A stretch of DNA of 64,000 bases. It comes from Octopus vulgaris. Taxonomy: Eukaryota. Made by a program: the position numbers and the translations under genes. Shown piece by piece: positions 61,382-64,000 of the stretch. The stretch is from positions 13,268,001 through 13,332,000 of the forward strand of contig OX597823.1 of NCBI GenBank assembly GCA_951406725.2, given 5' to 3'. Each line of letters begins with the position of its first letter. The first letter of the stretch is position 1. The notes under the pieces were generated by a model, which had not been told where the DNA came from, ran no database searches, and was given only the letters and a program-made list of their open reading frames with translations.

Positions 61382-63925
61382 AAGCTCCGCATACCGTAGG
61401 CCAGCAAGTGTATGGAGTCATCAGGAGAGAATTCTCGTCGTTACGAGGCCTACCTCTCAATAGCATCATTGCGCACCGGCCCCACCTCACTGAAATGAGG
61501 ACCCGCATGCTAGATCAACTGTTCATCAAATATAGCTCAATACTCTTCTAGCCATCGCTCGTCTCTTTTTAACCAAATCCAGTGGTTTGCCTTTTTTATT
61601 GTAGTTCGGATATCACTCATGGTGGTACTTGCTTCATGAAGAGTTAGGCCTAACAATAACAACAGTCGCCTTACACTGTGTCCAACTAATCTTCTACGTC
61701 CGACTTCGATTGGAAAATGCTCCGCCTTCCAGCCTGCGTCTTTACATTCCTCGAAGAGGTTTACATTGCGGTCAATCTTTCGAGCCCGAACGGCGTCCAT
61801 GTTATCTTCATGAAGAACGGTTAACAGACTAGATTCACCAATTTCTTTCTTTCATACCATATTATGATATGCAGTTTCTCCGTAACTGGGACAGGAAACA
61901 ATCCTCGGCCCCCCTGGTAAATCTGCTTCCACCTCCCAATAACTGTTCCACTTTTCATCGCTCAAAGGAAGTATCTTCTTTTTGAAACGGATTTGCTGTC
62001 CAGAGCGCACGAAGGTAATGGAATCTTTGATTGGCTCTTTCAATGTTTTTTTTTGCCACTGTTGAGAAAACTTTGGTTCTTTTATTGCATTGAAGATAAC
62101 CTTAAGGACCAGATTGTGTCTTCATGTATATCTATTCAATACCAGTGAACAGTTGTACAGAATATGTTTCAATGATCCGATGTTTCTGCATCTGCATACG
62201 TCATTTTCTGAGACGTTCTATCTTACTAGATTTGTAGGCGATGACAAGACATCGTAGGATAAACGAGTAGTCCACTTACATATCTCATTCCAACTTATTT
62301 TTCCCTCAACAACATGTTCCTCCCATTTCGTTATCTGTCCTTCTTGAGCCCATTGGATAAAATGAAGCTCTCTTCTCTCTCTTTGACGCTGTTGCTAACA
62401 AGAGATCTGCGTTCGTTCTGCATCATATATGCAAACGGTCTGAACCGATCTGCACCAAATTCCAGTCCCTTCCGATGAATTGCGTTGCACCTACCTTGTC
62501 TCGGTGCATAAGTGAAGGCAGGATGTCATCAGTCTCTGCTTCTGCTTTCCACTTTCTGAATGTTTTTACATCTGGTGGATTACGCCTGATTTCTATATCC
62601 ATCGACTCTCGCAGTATCATCACCGTTCGTACATTCCCTAGTTTATAAATGTCGACTATTGTCCAGTAATAACTGCAACAAGCCTTTTTTATGATAGAGA
62701 GCTGAACTGTTCAATATCTGAGGTAGGTGTAGCCACTTTCTGATGAACACATTATAGTTTTTGTTCAGTGGTTTGAACTCGCGACAGTGTCACCACGTAT
62801 ATTAGAATTGGCCATGAAGGTGCGGATACAAGCGGAACTGTAATCCCTAGCTTTTCTATTTACCTGGTAGCTTTGAGATATCAATTGCTGTGAACTCATC
62901 CCCGGCTTGTTTCATAATTTGCATCCCACAACTCCTATCTAACAATGTTCTAGCGTATACACGCTCCAAGCCCATAACGGGTTCTTCCTTGACTGTTGGA
63001 ATGATTTCTTCAGCTATTTTAAACTTAACTTCTTTTTCCACTCCCTAGATAAATGTCAGATTACGCGACTGTTTTGCCCTGAATCGCATCCTTGACTATC
63101 TCACAATCTCGTCCAGCTTCAAGAGGGCACTCTACATGATTTGTTTCTCTGTCGACAGAAGTGTTACGTCATCCATGAAGGCCTTCTTAGGTGATTGTAC
63201 ATGGGCGATTTGCTCCGAAATGTCTGCTAATTTTAAATCATCTCCAAAACTAGGATTAACCACGGGACACATATTGGGCAGCCAACAGCAATGGCAATCT
63301 TTATTCGGTGCCAATCTGTTGTAAAATATCCTGCTGTAAACCTCATCTCGAAACTGTCGATTAATTTTGTTACTTTCTCTGGAATTTGGAAATTGTCTAT
63401 GGCTCTCATCATTAATTCGGTTGGCACTGAGCCATATACAGTATCTAGATCAAGCCATACCACGTCCAGATATGTCCTGTTCTTTTTGGCATCCTGGATT
63501 ACTTTTCAAATCGAAAAACCATGCTCAACAAATCCGGGGATTCCAGGGATTCGGGCCTGTTGAACGGATTCATCAAGATATCCATTACTGTTCTCCTTCA
63601 GAGAATTCCCATAAAGATCCCACCTTTTACGTTCAATAAGGATATCGGCCTAAACTTTTTTAGTCTCCCCATTGGTCTCCTTCGACAGGTATGCGCCTTC
63701 TGACTTACACCAATTCTCTACAAGAGTTTCTTCGCACCACAGCTGCCGCAGCAGGACAAAAAGCTTCTTTTGTAGATGATTGCAATATTTATATATTTTA
63801 TACGAGACACCATCACCTCCTGGGGTACTCTTTGCTCTAGCTTTTCTTACAAAATCATTCACCTCTTTCTCCCTAATGACCTCAGTTTGTCATTCGATAT
63901 CACGTTCTAGGACATGCTTTAGCCC
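61380..63925 (-). mobile_element. Degraded Hero-like RLE non-LTR retrotransposon, 5'-truncated
   Basis: STPGGDGVSYKIYK, VWLDLDTVYGSVP, AFMDDVT, HILYNC zinc knuckle region, CKDAGWKAEHFPIEVG..WIWLKR; many frameshifts. Confidence 0.87.
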
Positions 63926-63929
63926 ATCT

Positions 63930-63998
<69 letters not shown>

Positions 63999-64000
63999 AA

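Overview
AT-rich eukaryotic DNA made almost entirely of transposable elements and microsatellites. The repeat content (tRNA-headed SINEs, dense (TA)n/(CA)n/(AAT)n arrays, Penelope-like elements) looks like an octopus/coleoid genome; this is an inference. No host gene can be called with confidence. Recognised elements: Penelope-like retroelements (PLEs; two Neptune-type RT+GIY-YIG ORFs, one near-intact, and several Hydra-type remnants), R4/Dong-, Hero- and CR1-type LINE fossils, two mariner fossils, a Gypsy gag fragment, Helitron-like pieces, five SINE families and a MULE-like foldback element carrying telomeric repeats. About a dozen type I hammerhead ribozyme (HHR) motifs are readable by eye. 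The most striking observations are: (1) two islands in a PLE 3' region that look like ADAR-type A-to-G hyper-editing fixed in the genome; (2) a 362-bp tandem retrozyme-like unit, and a separate PLE, whose hammerheads share a compensatory U3-A8 core; (3) a tRNA-head SINE ending in a hammerhead; (4) hammerheads with long covarying stem II extensions; (5) a T_TTT_TTA -1 frameshift signature leading into a PLE RT frame. Element boundaries were read by eye and are approximate unless TSDs or TIRs are quoted.
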